This document shows positions 26,141-39,102 of a DNA stretch of 64,000 bases, piece by piece. The stretch is from an uncultured Gemmatimonadales bacterium (GTDB lineage: Bacteria > Gemmatimonadota > Gemmatimonadetes > Longimicrobiales > Longimicrobiaceae), in assembly GCA_963716255.1 (NCBI GenBank), contig OY970303.1, positions 8,128,001 through 8,192,000 on the forward strand, in the 5' to 3' direction. The translations under genes and the position numbers were made by a program. Every line of letters starts with the position of its first letter. Within the stretch, counting starts at the first letter, position 1. The notes beneath the pieces were generated by a model. The model searched no databases, was not told the DNA's origin, and worked only from the letters and a program-made list of their open reading frames with translations.

Positions 26141-27278
26141 CGTGCCCCAGCAGCCGCGCCGCGATCCGCGCCGTCCGCACCGCCGCGCCGCCCTCCCCCG
26201 CGCCGCCCTCCAGCTTCGCGCGGACACCCGCCAGCTTCGCCACCATCGCCCGCCGCTCGGGCGAGTCGCGGCGGATGAGCGGCAGGAGCGCGGCGGACAG
26301 CGCCTCCGGCGTGGCCTGGTCCTGCACGAACTCCGGGAACACCCGCTCCTCCGCGATCAGGTTCGCGAGCGCGATGTGGGGCACCTTCACCAGCCGCTTC
26401 GCCATCGCGTAGCTGAGCGGGTTCATCCGGTAGGCGACCACCCCCGGCGTCCCCGCGAGCGCCGTTTCCAGCGTGGTGGTGCCGGACTTCACCAGCGCCG
26501 CGTCCGCGTACTCCAGCAGCCCCGACGCGCTCGGCACGAGCGGCCAGCGCGCCCCGTCGTACACGGTAGCGTCGATGTCGCTGGGCACGCCGATCACCGG
26601 CTGCACGTGCGCGTCGCGGGCCACCACGCGCGCCGCCGCCTCCGAGAACAGTTCCAGGTGGCGGCGGAGCTCCTGCGGGCGCGACCCGGGGAAGAGGGCG
26701 AGGACGGGGCGCTCCGCGTCCACCCCGGCGGACGCGGCCCACTCGGCGCGCGATTCCGTGCGCGCGGGAAGGTCCAGCAGCGGGTGGCCCACGAAGACGG
26801 CGTTCACCCCCCGGTCGCGGAGGAACTTCTCCTCGAAGGGGAGCACCACGGCCACCACGTCGGCGTCGCGCGCCAGGTCGCGCGTGCGCTCGGCATGCCA
26901 CGCCCATACCTGCGGGGCGATGTAGTACAGCACGGGAATCCCCCGCCCCTTCGCGTGCTTCGCGAGGCGGAGGTTGAAGCCGGGGTAATCGATGGGGATC
27001 ACCAGGTCCACCCCCTCGCGCTCCAGCGCGGCGAACACCCGGCGCCGCAGCTCCAGGAAGAAGGGGAGGTGGCGGAGGACCTCCACGAAGCCCATCACCG
27101 CCAGCTCCTCCACCCCGGCGAGCAGTTCCACGCCCTCCGCCGCCATGCGCGAGCCGCCCAGCCCGATCAGGCGGACCCCCGGGAGCCGGGCACGCAAAGC
27201 GCGGGCGAGCCCGGCGCCGTGAAGGTCGCCGGAGGGCTCGCCCGCCGCGATGAAGAGGGTGAGGCCGCTCGAGGTCAC
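26133..27278 (-). CDS. lpxB: Lipid-A-disaccharide synthase
   Basis: AGEPSGDLHG, IDYPGFN, PQVWAW, PGSR, SGTTTLE; GTG start overlaps the upstream TGA. Confidence 0.95.
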   Translation of the reverse strand: MTSSGLTLFIAAGEPSGDLHGAGLARALRARLPGVRLIGLGGSRMAAEGVELLAGVEELAVMGFVEVLRHLPFFLELRRRVFAALEREGVDLVIPIDYPGFNLRLAKHAKGRGIPVLYYIAPQVWAWHAERTRDLARDADVVAVVLPFEEKFLRDRGVNAVFVGHPLLDLPARTESRAEWAASAGVDAERPVLALFPGSRPQELRRHLELFSEAAARVVARDAHVQPVIGVPSDIDATVYDGARWPLVPSASGLLEYADAALVKSGTTTLETALAGTPGVVAYRMNPLSYAMAKRLVKVPHIALANLIAEERVFPEFVQDQATPEALSAALLPLIRRDSPERRAMVAKLAGVRAKLEGGAGEGGAAVRTARIAARLLGHDG

Positions 27279-27418
27279 CCGGGCAACCGGCCCAGGAGAT
27301 ACCACATCGCGCCCAGCACCACCACCAGGAGAATCAGCAGCCGCGTCGCCGAGGGAGGCGGCGTGCCTCCCTGGATGTTCGACGGCGGCTTCCTACGCCG
27401 GCTGCCAGGAGGAAACAT
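27275..27418 (-). CDS. Small 47-aa single-pass membrane protein (not in ORF track)
   Basis: MFPPGSRRRKPPSNIQGGTPPPSATRLLILLVVVLGAMWYLLGRLPG*; its stop overlaps the lpxB start (GTGA). Confidence 0.7.
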   Translation of the reverse strand: MFPPGSRRRKPPSNIQGGTPPPSATRLLILLVVVLGAMWYLLGRLPG

Positions 27419-28382
27419 CGTGCTCGATCCGGCCCATGATGTCCAGCGCGACGCCCAGCGCCTGCCGCCCGTCGCGCCCGCTCACCACCACCGGCGCCTC
27501 GCCGCGCACCGCGCGGACCCACGCCTCCAGCTCCGCGCGAAGCGGCTCCGTGCCGTCGCCGCGCAGCTCCACCCGGTCCACCAGCCCAAGGAGCGCCGCC
27601 GGCCCCACCTCCCCCTCCGGGATGCGCGCCCCCTTCTTGAGGCGCAGGAACTCGCCCGTGCCGGCCGCCAGGTCCAGCGAGATGTAGCCGGAATTCTGGA
27701 AGAAGCGGATCTTCCGCGTCCGCTCCATGGACACGCGGCTCGCCGTGATGTTCGCCACCGCCCCGTCCGCGAACTCCAGGCGCGCGTTGGCGATGTCCAC
27801 GTTGGGCGTGAGGATGGGGACCCCCACCGCCCGCACCGACGACACCTCGCTCCCCACCAGGCTGAGCACCAGGTCGATGTCGTGGATCATCAGGTCCAGC
27901 ACCACCGCCACGTCCGTCCCCCGCCCCGCGAAGGGCGCCAGCCGGTGCGACTCCACGAAGCGCGGCACGTCCAGGTACGGCTCGCAGGCCCGCAGCGCCG
28001 CGTTGAAGCGCTCCACGTGCCCCGTCGCCACCAGCACCCCCGCCGCCGCCGCCGCCGCCACGATGCGGTCCGCCTCCTCCAGCGTGGAGGCGATGGGCTT
28101 CTCGATCAGCAGGTGGACGCCGCGGTCCAGCGCCGCGAGCGCCACGGCCGCGTGCTCCGTGGTGGGGACGGCGACCACCGCCGCCTCCACCCTGTCCAGC
28201 AGCTCCTCCAGCGACGCGAACACGAGGACGCCCAGCTCATCGCCCACCTTCGCCGCGCGGGCGGGGTCCGCGTCGAACACCCCCGCGAGCTGCGCCCCGG
28301 CCACCTCGCGGAGGATGCGCGCGTGGTGGAAGCCCAGCGAGCCTACCCCTACGACGCCGACCGGGACCGCCGGGCCGGTCAA
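27393..28382 (-). CDS. Gfo/Idh/MocA oxidoreductase (GnnA-like by position)
   Basis: GVVGVGSLGFHH, IEKP, GHVERFN, DLMIHD; TTG start overlaps the lpxA stop. Confidence 0.88.
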   Translation of the reverse strand: MTGPAVPVGVVGVGSLGFHHARILREVAGAQLAGVFDADPARAAKVGDELGVLVFASLEELLDRVEAAVVAVPTTEHAAVALAALDRGVHLLIEKPIASTLEEADRIVAAAAAAGVLVATGHVERFNAALRACEPYLDVPRFVESHRLAPFAGRGTDVAVVLDLMIHDIDLVLSLVGSEVSSVRAVGVPILTPNVDIANARLEFADGAVANITASRVSMERTRKIRFFQNSGYISLDLAAGTGEFLRLKKGARIPEGEVGPAALLGLVDRVELRGDGTEPLRAELEAWVRAVRGEAPVVVSGRDGRQALGVALDIMGRIEHDVSSWQPA

Positions 28383-29200
28383 ACCGACACCCCCCGCTCG
28401 CTCCGCTCGAAGAACGCCAGGAACACCTCCACCTCCGGGATGTCGCGCAGCTCCTCGCGGGCCCGGGCCAGCGCCTGGGTGGTGTTGTGCGCCGAGGCGA
28501 AGAACAGGCGGTAGGCGCGCTTCAGCTCGCGCCGCACCTCCTCCGAGAAGCCCCGCCGCTGCAGCCCCACCGAGTTGAGCCCGTACAGCTGCAGGGGGAT
28601 CCCGGCCGCCTTGACGTACGGCGGGACGTCCTTGGCGATGCGCGACTGGCCGCCCACGAAGGCGTGCTGTCCGATGCGCACGAACTGGTGGATGGGCGTC
28701 ATCCCGCCCACGATCACCCAGTCCTCGATCGCCACGTGCCCCGCCATGTTCACGGCGTTGGACAGGATCACGTGGTCGCCGATGCGGCAGTCGTGCGCCA
28801 CGTGGACGTACGACATCAGCAGGCAGTCGCTCCCCACGGTGGTCACCCCGCTCGCCGCGGTCCCCCGGTTGAGCGTGGCGTACTCGCGGATGTGGGTGCG
28901 GTCTCCCACCACCAGGCGCGTGGGCTCGCCCCGGTACTTGAGGTCCTGAGGCGCCGTCCCCAGGACAGCGCCCTTGGACAGCACGCACTCCGCCCCGATG
29001 GTGGTGTCGCCCTCGATCAGGACGTGCGGGCCCACCTGCGTCCCCGCACCGATCCGGGCCTCCGGGCCCACGATGCTGAACGGCCCGACGGATACCCCCT
29101 CGCCCAGCTCCGCGGCTTCGTCGACGAGGGCGGTGGGGTGGATGTCTATGCCGCGGCGGGAAGGAAGCACCATGGCGCGGCTCTCAGCGATCGACGACAC
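28379..29200 (-). CDS. lpxA: Acyl-ACP--UDP-N-acetylglucosamine O-acyltransferase
   Basis: Hexapeptide repeats, PQDLKY, HVAHDC, IHQFVRIG, GLNSVGLQRRGF. Confidence 0.95.
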   Translation of the reverse strand: MSSIAESRAMVLPSRRGIDIHPTALVDEAAELGEGVSVGPFSIVGPEARIGAGTQVGPHVLIEGDTTIGAECVLSKGAVLGTAPQDLKYRGEPTRLVVGDRTHIREYATLNRGTAASGVTTVGSDCLLMSYVHVAHDCRIGDHVILSNAVNMAGHVAIEDWVIVGGMTPIHQFVRIGQHAFVGGQSRIAKDVPPYVKAAGIPLQLYGLNSVGLQRRGFSEEVRRELKRAYRLFFASAHNTTQALARAREELRDIPEVEVFLAFFERSERGVSV

Positions 29201-30473
29201 GGGCCATCATCTCCGCTTCGGCGACCACGTGCCCGTCGACGGTCCCGACCCCCTTCATCCGGCAGGTGGCGCCGCGGATCTGCAGCACCTCCACCTCGAA
29301 GCGGATCTGGTCGCCCGGGGTCACGGGGCGGCGCCATTTCACGTTGTCCAGCGACATGAAGTAGACGATCTTGTCTTCCAGGTTCTCCATCGCCTCGAGC
29401 ACCAGCAGGCCGCCCACCTGGGCCATCGCCTCGATGATGAGGACCCCCGGCATCACCGGCCGGCCGGGGAAGTGGCCCACGAAGAACGGCTCGTTGATGG
29501 TGACGTTCTTGAGGCCCACGATCCGCTTGCGCTCCTCGAACTCCACCACCCGGTCCACCAGCAGGAACGGGTAGCGGTGCGGCAGGTACTGCGAGATCTG
29601 CTCGATGTTGAGGATGGGCCGGGCGAGCGCCTTCTTTTCCTGGCGGGCCACCAGCTCCCGCGCCAGCGCCACGTTCCCCCGGTGCCCCGGCCGCTCCGCG
29701 ACCACGTGCGCAGCAAGGCGCGCGCCCACCAGCGCCAGGTCGCCCACCACGTCCAGCGCCTTGTGGCGCACGAACTCGTCCGCGAAGCGCAGCTCGGCCC
29801 CGCCCAGCACGCCCGTCTCGGAAAGGACCACCGCGTTGTCGACCGTGCCGCCCTGCGCCAGCCCGCGCTCCCGGAGCTCCGCCACCTCGCGCTCGAAGCA
29901 GAAGGTGCGCGCCGGCGCCACCTGCGTCCCGAAGCTGTCCCGGGCGATGCGGAACGATCCGAACTGCCGCCCGATGAGCGGGTGCTCGAACTCGATGGTG
30001 GTCGACACCCGGTAGTCGGGCGAGGGCGCCACCACGTAGCTCGACACCTTGTCGTTCACCGAAAAGGTCTCGCCCACCACCAGCACGCGCGCCGGGGCGT
30101 CCTGCTCCTCCACGCCCGCCTCCAAGAGCAGGTCGAAGAACAGGCTCGCGCTCCCGTCCCCCGCCGGCGGCTCGTGGCCGTCCAGCTCCACGTACAGGTT
30201 GTCGATCCCCAGCGCCACGGCCGCGGAAAGCACGTGCTCCACGGTGTGGACGCGGGCCTCGCCCACCCCGATGGTGGTGCCGCGGTCCGTGTCCACCACG
30301 TGGGCGACCAGCGCCGGGACCTCCGGCGAGCCGGGAAGGTCCGTGCGCCGGAAGACGATCCCGGTGTGTACCGGGGCGGGGAGGAAGCGGAGTCGGGTGC
30401 GGGCGCCGGTGTGCAGCCCCACTCCCTCGGCCTCGCGCGCCGCCCTGATGGTGTTCTGTCTCGGTGTGCTCAT
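29184..30473 (-). CDS. lpxC: Bifunctional LpxC/FabZ
   Basis: [24 protein letters not shown] (LpxC) fused to [27 protein letters not shown] (FabZ). Confidence 0.96.
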   Translation of the reverse strand: MSTPRQNTIRAAREAEGVGLHTGARTRLRFLPAPVHTGIVFRRTDLPGSPEVPALVAHVVDTDRGTTIGVGEARVHTVEHVLSAAVALGIDNLYVELDGHEPPAGDGSASLFFDLLLEAGVEEQDAPARVLVVGETFSVNDKVSSYVVAPSPDYRVSTTIEFEHPLIGRQFGSFRIARDSFGTQVAPARTFCFEREVAELRERGLAQGGTVDNAVVLSETGVLGGAELRFADEFVRHKALDVVGDLALVGARLAAHVVAERPGHRGNVALARELVARQEKKALARPILNIEQISQYLPHRYPFLLVDRVVEFEERKRIVGLKNVTINEPFFVGHFPGRPVMPGVLIIEAMAQVGGLLVLEAMENLEDKIVYFMSLDNVKWRRPVTPGDQIRFEVEVLQIRGATCRMKGVGTVDGHVVAEAEMMARVVDR

Positions 30474-30500
30474 CCGTATCGAAAAGACCGCCGCGGCGGG

Positions 30501-31550
30501 TCAGCCCTGCTGTTTGGTTTCTCCGTCCCCCCCGAACACCGCCCGCTCCAGGCGGCGGACCTGCTTCACCAGCTCCGGGAGCCTGAAGACGAGCGCGCTC
30601 ACCCGCATCGCCTCGCGGTGGGGCCGCGCCGGGTAGCCGGACACCGTTTCCCCGGCGGCCACGTCGCCGATCACCCCGGCCTGGCCGCCCACCCGCGCGC
30701 CCGCGCCGATGGTGATGTGCCCCTGCACCCCGGCCTGCCCCCCGAGCACCGCGTAGTCGCCCACCGTGGTGCTCCCCGAGATCCCCACCTGCGAGACCAC
30801 GATCACGTGGCGGCCGATCCGGCAGTTGTGCCCGATCATCACCAGGTTGTCGATCTTGGTCCCCCGCCCCACCACCGTGTCGCCCACCGAGCCGCGGTCG
30901 ATGGTGACGTTGGCGCCGATCTCCACGTCGTCCTCGATCACGCAGCCGCCCACCTGCGGCACCTTGCGGTGCGCGCCGTCCACGAAGGCGTAGCCGAAGC
31001 CGTCCGCCCCCAGGCGGGTGCCGGAGTGCACCGAGCAGCGCTCCCCCACCGTCACCCCGCGGTACAGCGTCACGTGCGCGTGAAGCACCGAGTCCGCCCC
31101 CACCGTGCACCCGTCGCCCACCACGGTCTGCGGCCCGATCCGGGCCCGGGCGCCGATGCGCACCCCGCGGCCGATCACCGCGCAGGCCCCCACGACCGCC
31201 CCCTCCCCGATCTCCGTCCCCTCCCCCACCACGGCGGTGGGGTGGATCCCGGGCGGCTCCACCGGCTCCGGGTACAGCACCGGGAGGACCGCCGCGAGCG
31301 CGGCGTGCGGGTCGTCCACCCGGATGGCCACCGTCCCTGCCGGAGGCTCGGCGTCCAGTTCGCGCGCCAGGAGCACCGCCCCGGCGGAGGACGCAACAAG
31401 ATACGGGAGGTAGCGGGGGTTGGCAACGAACGACAGGTGCCCGGGGCCGGCGGCGTCCAGCGCCGCCACCCCGCCCACGCGGCGGGAGGCGTCGCCCAGG
31501 ACCTCGCCGCCCACCAGGGCCGCGATCTCGGAAACGGATAGCTCCGGCAT
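30501..31550 (-). CDS. lpxD: UDP-3-O-acylglucosamine N-acyltransferase
   Basis: GADGFGY, VPQVG, TIDRG, KIDNLVMIGHN. Confidence 0.95.
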   Translation of the reverse strand: MPELSVSEIAALVGGEVLGDASRRVGGVAALDAAGPGHLSFVANPRYLPYLVASSAGAVLLARELDAEPPAGTVAIRVDDPHAALAAVLPVLYPEPVEPPGIHPTAVVGEGTEIGEGAVVGACAVIGRGVRIGARARIGPQTVVGDGCTVGADSVLHAHVTLYRGVTVGERCSVHSGTRLGADGFGYAFVDGAHRKVPQVGGCVIEDDVEIGANVTIDRGSVGDTVVGRGTKIDNLVMIGHNCRIGRHVIVVSQVGISGSTTVGDYAVLGGQAGVQGHITIGAGARVGGQAGVIGDVAAGETVSGYPARPHREAMRVSALVFRLPELVKQVRRLERAVFGGDGETKQQG

Positions 31551-31627
31551 GATTTTCGGCTCCAAACAGAAACGTGCCTGCGGCCCCCGGAGGGACCGCA
31601 GGCACAGGGATCGGGCGAGCGACCCGC

Positions 31628-32215
31628 TTACGGCCGCCGCGCGGGCGGGGTCTGCGCCGCCGGCGGCTGCGCGCCCTGCGGCGCCGGGGGCGACGCCAGG
31701 AGCCGCTGCCGCACCGTGTCGCTCAGGTCCAGCGCGGGGTCGGCGGCGATCAGCCCGCTCTCGCCCACGCTGAAGATCATGGAGTAGCCCTGCTGCGAGC
31801 GGATCTGCTCCACGATCTCGGGAATGCGGCGCACGTACGGCTGCACGACCAGCTGCAGCGCCTGCTCCTTCTGCTCCGCCGCCTGCTGCAGCGGCTGGAG
31901 CTGCTGCTGGTACTGCTGCATGGTGGTCTGCAGGCGCTGCTGCTCCTGCGTGCGGCGCTCCGCCGTGGTGGTCACCGGCAGGGCATTGAACGCCGCCTGC
32001 ATGGTCTGGAACTGCCGCCCCAGCGAGTCGGCGCGGGTCTGGTACGTCCCCGCCGCCGCCTGCAGCTCCTGCAGCGCGCGCGACGCGGCGGGGATCCCGG
32101 CCAGGATCTTGTCGGTGTTCACGTAGCCGAACTTGGGGGTCTGGGCCGATGCAGTGCCCACTCCCGCGAGGAGAGCCAGCGTCAGCAGGCCGCTGACGGA
32201 CAGAAAACGCTTCAT
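31628..32215 (-). CDS. skp: OmpH/Skp periplasmic chaperone
   Basis: Signal peptide, KFGYVN, coiled coil, between bamA and lpxD. Confidence 0.85.
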   Translation of the reverse strand: MKRFLSVSGLLTLALLAGVGTASAQTPKFGYVNTDKILAGIPAASRALQELQAAAGTYQTRADSLGRQFQTMQAAFNALPVTTTAERRTQEQQRLQTTMQQYQQQLQPLQQAAEQKEQALQLVVQPYVRRIPEIVEQIRSQQGYSMIFSVGESGLIAADPALDLSDTVRQRLLASPPAPQGAQPPAAQTPPARRP

Positions 32216-32235
32216 TCAATCGCTCCGTTGATGGG

Positions 32236-34709
32236 TCAGAAGCCCTGACCGAACTTGAAGTGCACCTCCCACCCCGGATTCGGCTTGTCGAACCCGTACG
32301 CCAGGTCGAGCCCGATGGGGCCGAAGGGGGTCACCACCGTCCCCCCGAACCCGGCGCCCCTGTACAGCCGCGTCGGGTTGAACTGCTCCGCCGTCCGCCA
32401 CACGTTCCCCGCGTCGCCGAACGCCGACACCGAGAGCTGGTCGTTGATCCGGACCGCGTACTCCGCCGACACCGTGAAGAACGAGCTCCCCAGGCACTCC
32501 AGGCGGAACTGGCTGCCGCACGACTCGTCGAAGCCCAGCGCCGTGATGGAAGCGTCCGGGTAGCCGCGGAGCGGCTGGCCCAGGCGCGTGCCGCCCGCGT
32601 AGAACTGCTCGAAGGGGAAGAACGACGCGTCGCCGAAGATGGTGCCCGCCCGCGCGTTGAGCCCCAGCGCCAGCCGGATGGGCCGCTGCCCCGGCGCCGA
32701 GCCGCCCAGCCGCCCCACGGGCACCCACCACTCCAGGTCGCCGAACACCTTCTGGAAGTTGCCGTTGCCGCCCAGCGGGCCGCCGGTCTGCTCCACCGAC
32801 AGCGACTGCCGCGTCCCCGAGACCGGGAACATGGGGTGGCTCTTGGTGTCGCGGGTCAGCGCCAGCGACAGGCTGCTCGCCAGCGCGTCGCCCAGGCACT
32901 CGATCTCCGTCGACTCCCCCGAGCACTCGTCGTCGCTCGACCCGTCGTACGCCGTCTCCGAGAGCGAGTACCCCAGGAAGGCCCGCGTCCGGAAGAGCCC
33001 CGGGACCGGGAAGCCCACCTGAAGCGAGCCGCCCGTGCGCAGCCGGCGCACGTTGCCGAAGGTGTAGAAGCGGTCGCCGGTGTGGAACACGGAGCCGCTG
33101 AGCGAGTTGCGGCTTCCGAAGATCGCCGGGTCCGTGTACGACGCCTCCACGTTGCTCCGCCCCAGCCCGTACTCGGCGCGCAGGTTCGCCTGCTTCCCCT
33201 GCCCGAAGAGGTTCGGCTGGCCGTAGCTGATGTACCCCGAAAGACCGCCGCCCCGCCCGGCGTAGCTCCCGCCGATCGTGGTGCCGAAGCTGATCTGCCC
33301 CGTCTGCTTCTCCTTGACGTGGAAGGTGATGTCCACCTCCCCCGTCTCCTGGATCGGGCTGATGTCCGGCGTCGGCATCGGCGTCTCGAAGAAGCCGAGC
33401 CCGCTGATGCTGTTGTAGCTGGCGATCAGCCGCTCCTCGTTGTACACGTCGCCCGGGAGCACCAGCAGGCGCTCGCGGATCACCGACTCGTGGGTGAAGG
33501 TGTTCCCCTCGATGGCGACCCGGCGGATGTAGAACGGCTGCCGCTCCGACACCGCCCAGGTGACGTTCACCACCGGCGGCTCGCCCGGCGTCGTGGCCGG
33601 GACCCGCCGCACGATCGGCTCCACCTGCGCGTACAGGTAGCCCTCGTTGCTGTACATCTTGCGGAGCTCGGCCGTGGCGTCGTCCAGCGCCGCGCGGTCG
33701 AAGACCTCCCCGCGCTCGCGCTCCCCGCCCCCGCCGAAGGGCAGCCCCAGCACCGAGCCGCGCTCCACCGTGTACAGGCGCTTCACCTGGTCGGTGGGAA
33801 AGTGCGAGTTGCCCTCCACCCGGAACTCGCCCAGGCGGTACTGCGCCCCCTCGCTGACGTCCACCACCAGCTGCGCCTTGCCCGTCTGCGGATCCACCAC
33901 CAGCGTGTCCGAAAGGACCGCGAAGTCGATGTATCCACGCGCCCCGTAGAACTCCGGCAGGCGCTCGCGCAGGTCCGCCTGGAAGGTCTCGCGGTCGAAC
34001 TGGCCGGAGCGGAACCAGAGGAACCCTTCCGGCTTGGTGCGCATCGCGTCCTGAAGCGCCCCGTCCGCGAAGGCCTGGTTGCCGCGGAAATCCACGTCCG
34101 CGATCGCCAGCCGGTTCCCCTCGCGCACGTTGAAGGTCAGGCGGAAGGCCCCGGCCGGGCTCTGCACGGGCGTCAGCGTGGTGTCGATGGACGCCACCTG
34201 GAGCCCCTGCTTGGCGAGGAGGTCGCGGATCATCTGCTCCGTCCGCACCACCTGCGCCGGGTTGAGCGGCTGGTTCTCCTTGATCCCCACGGTGTCGCGC
34301 ACCGTGCTGGCGCTGACGCTCTCCAGCCCCTTGAAGTCCACCTGCGCCACCAGCGGCCGCTCCACCACCTGGATGACCAGGGTGACGCGGGCCGGATCGC
34401 CGCGGGAAAGGATCTCCACCGACTCGAAGTTGCCCGTCGACATCAGCCGGCGGATCGCCGTCTGGATCTCGGGGCCGCGCAGGACCGAGCCCGGGCGCAG
34501 GCCGGAGGTGGTGCGGACCACCGCCTCGGCCACGCGCTGGTTGCCGCGGACGAGCACCGAGTCGAGCACGGCGCTCGGCTGCTGTGCGGGAGCTGGGGCG
34601 GGAGTCGGTTCCTGGGCGCGGGCGGAAAGGGTGCCCACGCCGATCATGAGAATGGAGAGGAGGGCCGCGGTTCCCGCGACCCTCCCCGTCCGGCTGCCGA
34701 ATCGGGACA

Positions 34710-34710
<1 letters not shown>
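32236..34710 (-). CDS. bamA: Outer membrane protein assembly factor BamA
   Basis: POTRA domains, NLFGQG, LRGY, TPFGPIGLDLAYG, C-terminal F. Confidence 0.95.
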
Positions 34711-37193
<2,483 letters not shown>

Positions 37194-37236
37194 TGTGCCC
37201 CTTCGTTGCGAAGCATCCGTCTAGCGAGAAGGCAGG

Positions 37237-38349
37237 CTACTTCGGGAGCTCGCCGTCGTCCCCTTCGGGAGACGGGTCACCCTCCTGAGCCAGGATCCGC
37301 CTGACGTAGGCGGCGCGGTACACGTCGACCTCCCCCTCGGGGAGGACTCCACCAGCCATCTGCTCGAGGTGAGCAGCCTGCGTGAAGATCATGATGCGGT
37401 TCAGCGAGTATACACTGAGCCCCGGGAGAAGTGCCAGCCCCACGCCCAGCCGCACGCCGCTCAGCAGGTTCATGACCTCCTCGAACGAGATGGACCTCGC
37501 GTGCCGCAGCAGGCCGTACGCCCTCCACACCTTGTCCTCGATCACCGTGGGCGCGTCCCGCAGCAGGACGGTGCGCGCCTGCACCTCGTACTGCACCACC
37601 TGCTGCACGATCCGCTGCAGGTGGTCCACCAGGTCCTCTTCCGTCTTCCCCAGCGTGGTCTGGTTGGAGATCTGGAAGAAGTTCCCCACCACCTCGGACC
37701 CCTCCCCGTACAATCCCCGGAACGTCAGCCCCACCTGCGAGATCCCCTGCAGCACCTTGCCGATCTCCTGCGTCAGCACCAGCCCCGGCAGGTGGATCAG
37801 CACCGAGGCCCGCAGCCCGGTCCCCACGTTGGTGGGGCACGAGGTCAGGTACCCGAACTCGGTGTGGAACGCGTAGGGGAGCCGCCCCCCCAGCTCCTCG
37901 TCCAGCCGGTCCACCAGCCCCCACGCGTCGCGGAGGCGGAAGCCGCTCACCAGCCCCTGCAGGCGCAGGTGGTCCTCCTCGTTCACCATCACGCTCACGC
38001 CGTCGCGGTCGGCCAGGATCAGCGCCGCGTGCGACGGCGGCCGCCCCCCGCCCCCCTCCACCATCTCCTTGCTCACCAGGTGCCGCTCCAGCAGCAGCTG
38101 CCTCTGCGTGGCGTCCAGCGACGGGATGGCGATGGCCGCCCCGTCGCGCAGCGAATCCGTGGCCTCCGCGGCTTCGCGGGCCAGGTGCAGCACCGCGCGG
38201 CGGTCGGGCTCGGTGGCCCGCAGCCCGAAGCGGTACCCTTGAAGATTTCGTGCCAGCCGCACGCGCGTGGACAGCACGATGTCCGACTGGGGACCCTCGG
38301 CGTCCAGCCACTCCAGACCGCCCTCCGGCGGCGTCTTCACGTCCTGCAT
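37237..38349 (-). CDS. mcsB: Protein-arginine kinase McsB
   Basis: STRVRLARN, NEEDHLR, TSCPTNVGTGLRAS, QISNQTTLG. Confidence 0.94.
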   Translation of the reverse strand: MQDVKTPPEGGLEWLDAEGPQSDIVLSTRVRLARNLQGYRFGLRATEPDRRAVLHLAREAAEATDSLRDGAAIAIPSLDATQRQLLLERHLVSKEMVEGGGGRPPSHAALILADRDGVSVMVNEEDHLRLQGLVSGFRLRDAWGLVDRLDEELGGRLPYAFHTEFGYLTSCPTNVGTGLRASVLIHLPGLVLTQEIGKVLQGISQVGLTFRGLYGEGSEVVGNFFQISNQTTLGKTEEDLVDHLQRIVQQVVQYEVQARTVLLRDAPTVIEDKVWRAYGLLRHARSISFEEVMNLLSGVRLGVGLALLPGLSVYSLNRIMIFTQAAHLEQMAGGVLPEGEVDVYRAAYVRRILAQEGDPSPEGDDGELPK

Positions 38350-38393
38350 CGGCGTTGCTCCGTGCTTTTCAACAACTTTGAACGGAAGGGTTT

Positions 38394-38526
38394 GGGCGTG
38401 CCCCCGGCTGGCGCCGGGGTCGGGCTTCGGCTCCGTAGCAAACGATACCGCCGTTTGCAACGGAGTCGAGCCCCGGCGGAAACAGCCCCGCCGGGTCTCG
38501 CCCCTTCGGGCCGTAATCCCTCACGC
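38394..38526 (+). repeat. Repeat family A, copy 6 (between mcsA and mcsB)
   Basis: Inner stem GCAAACG/CGTTTGC. Confidence 0.95.
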
Positions 38527-38566
38527 GACGGGCCCCGCGTTTCAGTTGCAGCCCGTTCCCTGTTCC

Positions 38567-39064
38567 CTATTCCGCCGCGTCGGCGCGCCGGATCTGGTCT
38601 CGCAGCACCGCCGCCCGCTCGAAGTCCTCCGACTCCACCGCGCGGGCCAGGCTGCGCCGGAGGCTGGCCACCCGCGCGGTGCGGTCGGTGGCGCGCGGGT
38701 CCGGCGGCAGGTAGACCTTGCCCATGTGCTGGGTGCCGCCGTGCAGCTTGCGCAGCAGCCCCCGCAGGTGCTGGTCGAAGTGCGCGTAGCAGTGCGGGCA
38801 CCCCAGCCGTCCCGTGCGCTTGAAGTCGTTCATGGTGAGGCCGCAGAACTCGCACGCGCCCACCGCGGTGCCGGACCCCACGGCGAGCCCCTTCCCCATC
38901 TGCGCCAGGAAGTCCGTCAGCGGGGCGGTCTCGGCGCTGTCACCCGTGTCCAGCCCCATCTCCTCCGCGCACGAGTCGCAGAGGTGGCGGGTGATCATCT
39001 CGTTGCTGACGATCTGCGTCAGGTGGACCTTGGCCGGGTTCTTCCCGCAGTTTTCGCACTGCAT
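38567..39064 (-). CDS. mcsA: McsA (CxxC zinc fingers + UVR domain)
   Basis: CENC, CDSC, CEFC, GRLGCPHCY, EDFERAAVLRD. Confidence 0.93.
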   Translation of the reverse strand: MQCENCGKNPAKVHLTQIVSNEMITRHLCDSCAEEMGLDTGDSAETAPLTDFLAQMGKGLAVGSGTAVGACEFCGLTMNDFKRTGRLGCPHCYAHFDQHLRGLLRKLHGGTQHMGKVYLPPDPRATDRTARVASLRRSLARAVESEDFERAAVLRDQIRRADAAE

Positions 39065-39102
39065 TCTCGGTCGCGCGCTACGCGTCTGATGTGGCGGAGG
39101 GC

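Noticed and set aside
19377..28514. Very long plus-strand ORFs (1704 aa, 1316 aa; also 6212-9799, 32260-34839 and others)
   Set aside because: Antisense or shifted-frame shadows of clear minus-strand genes in high-GC DNA; Arg/Pro/Gly-rich with no motifs
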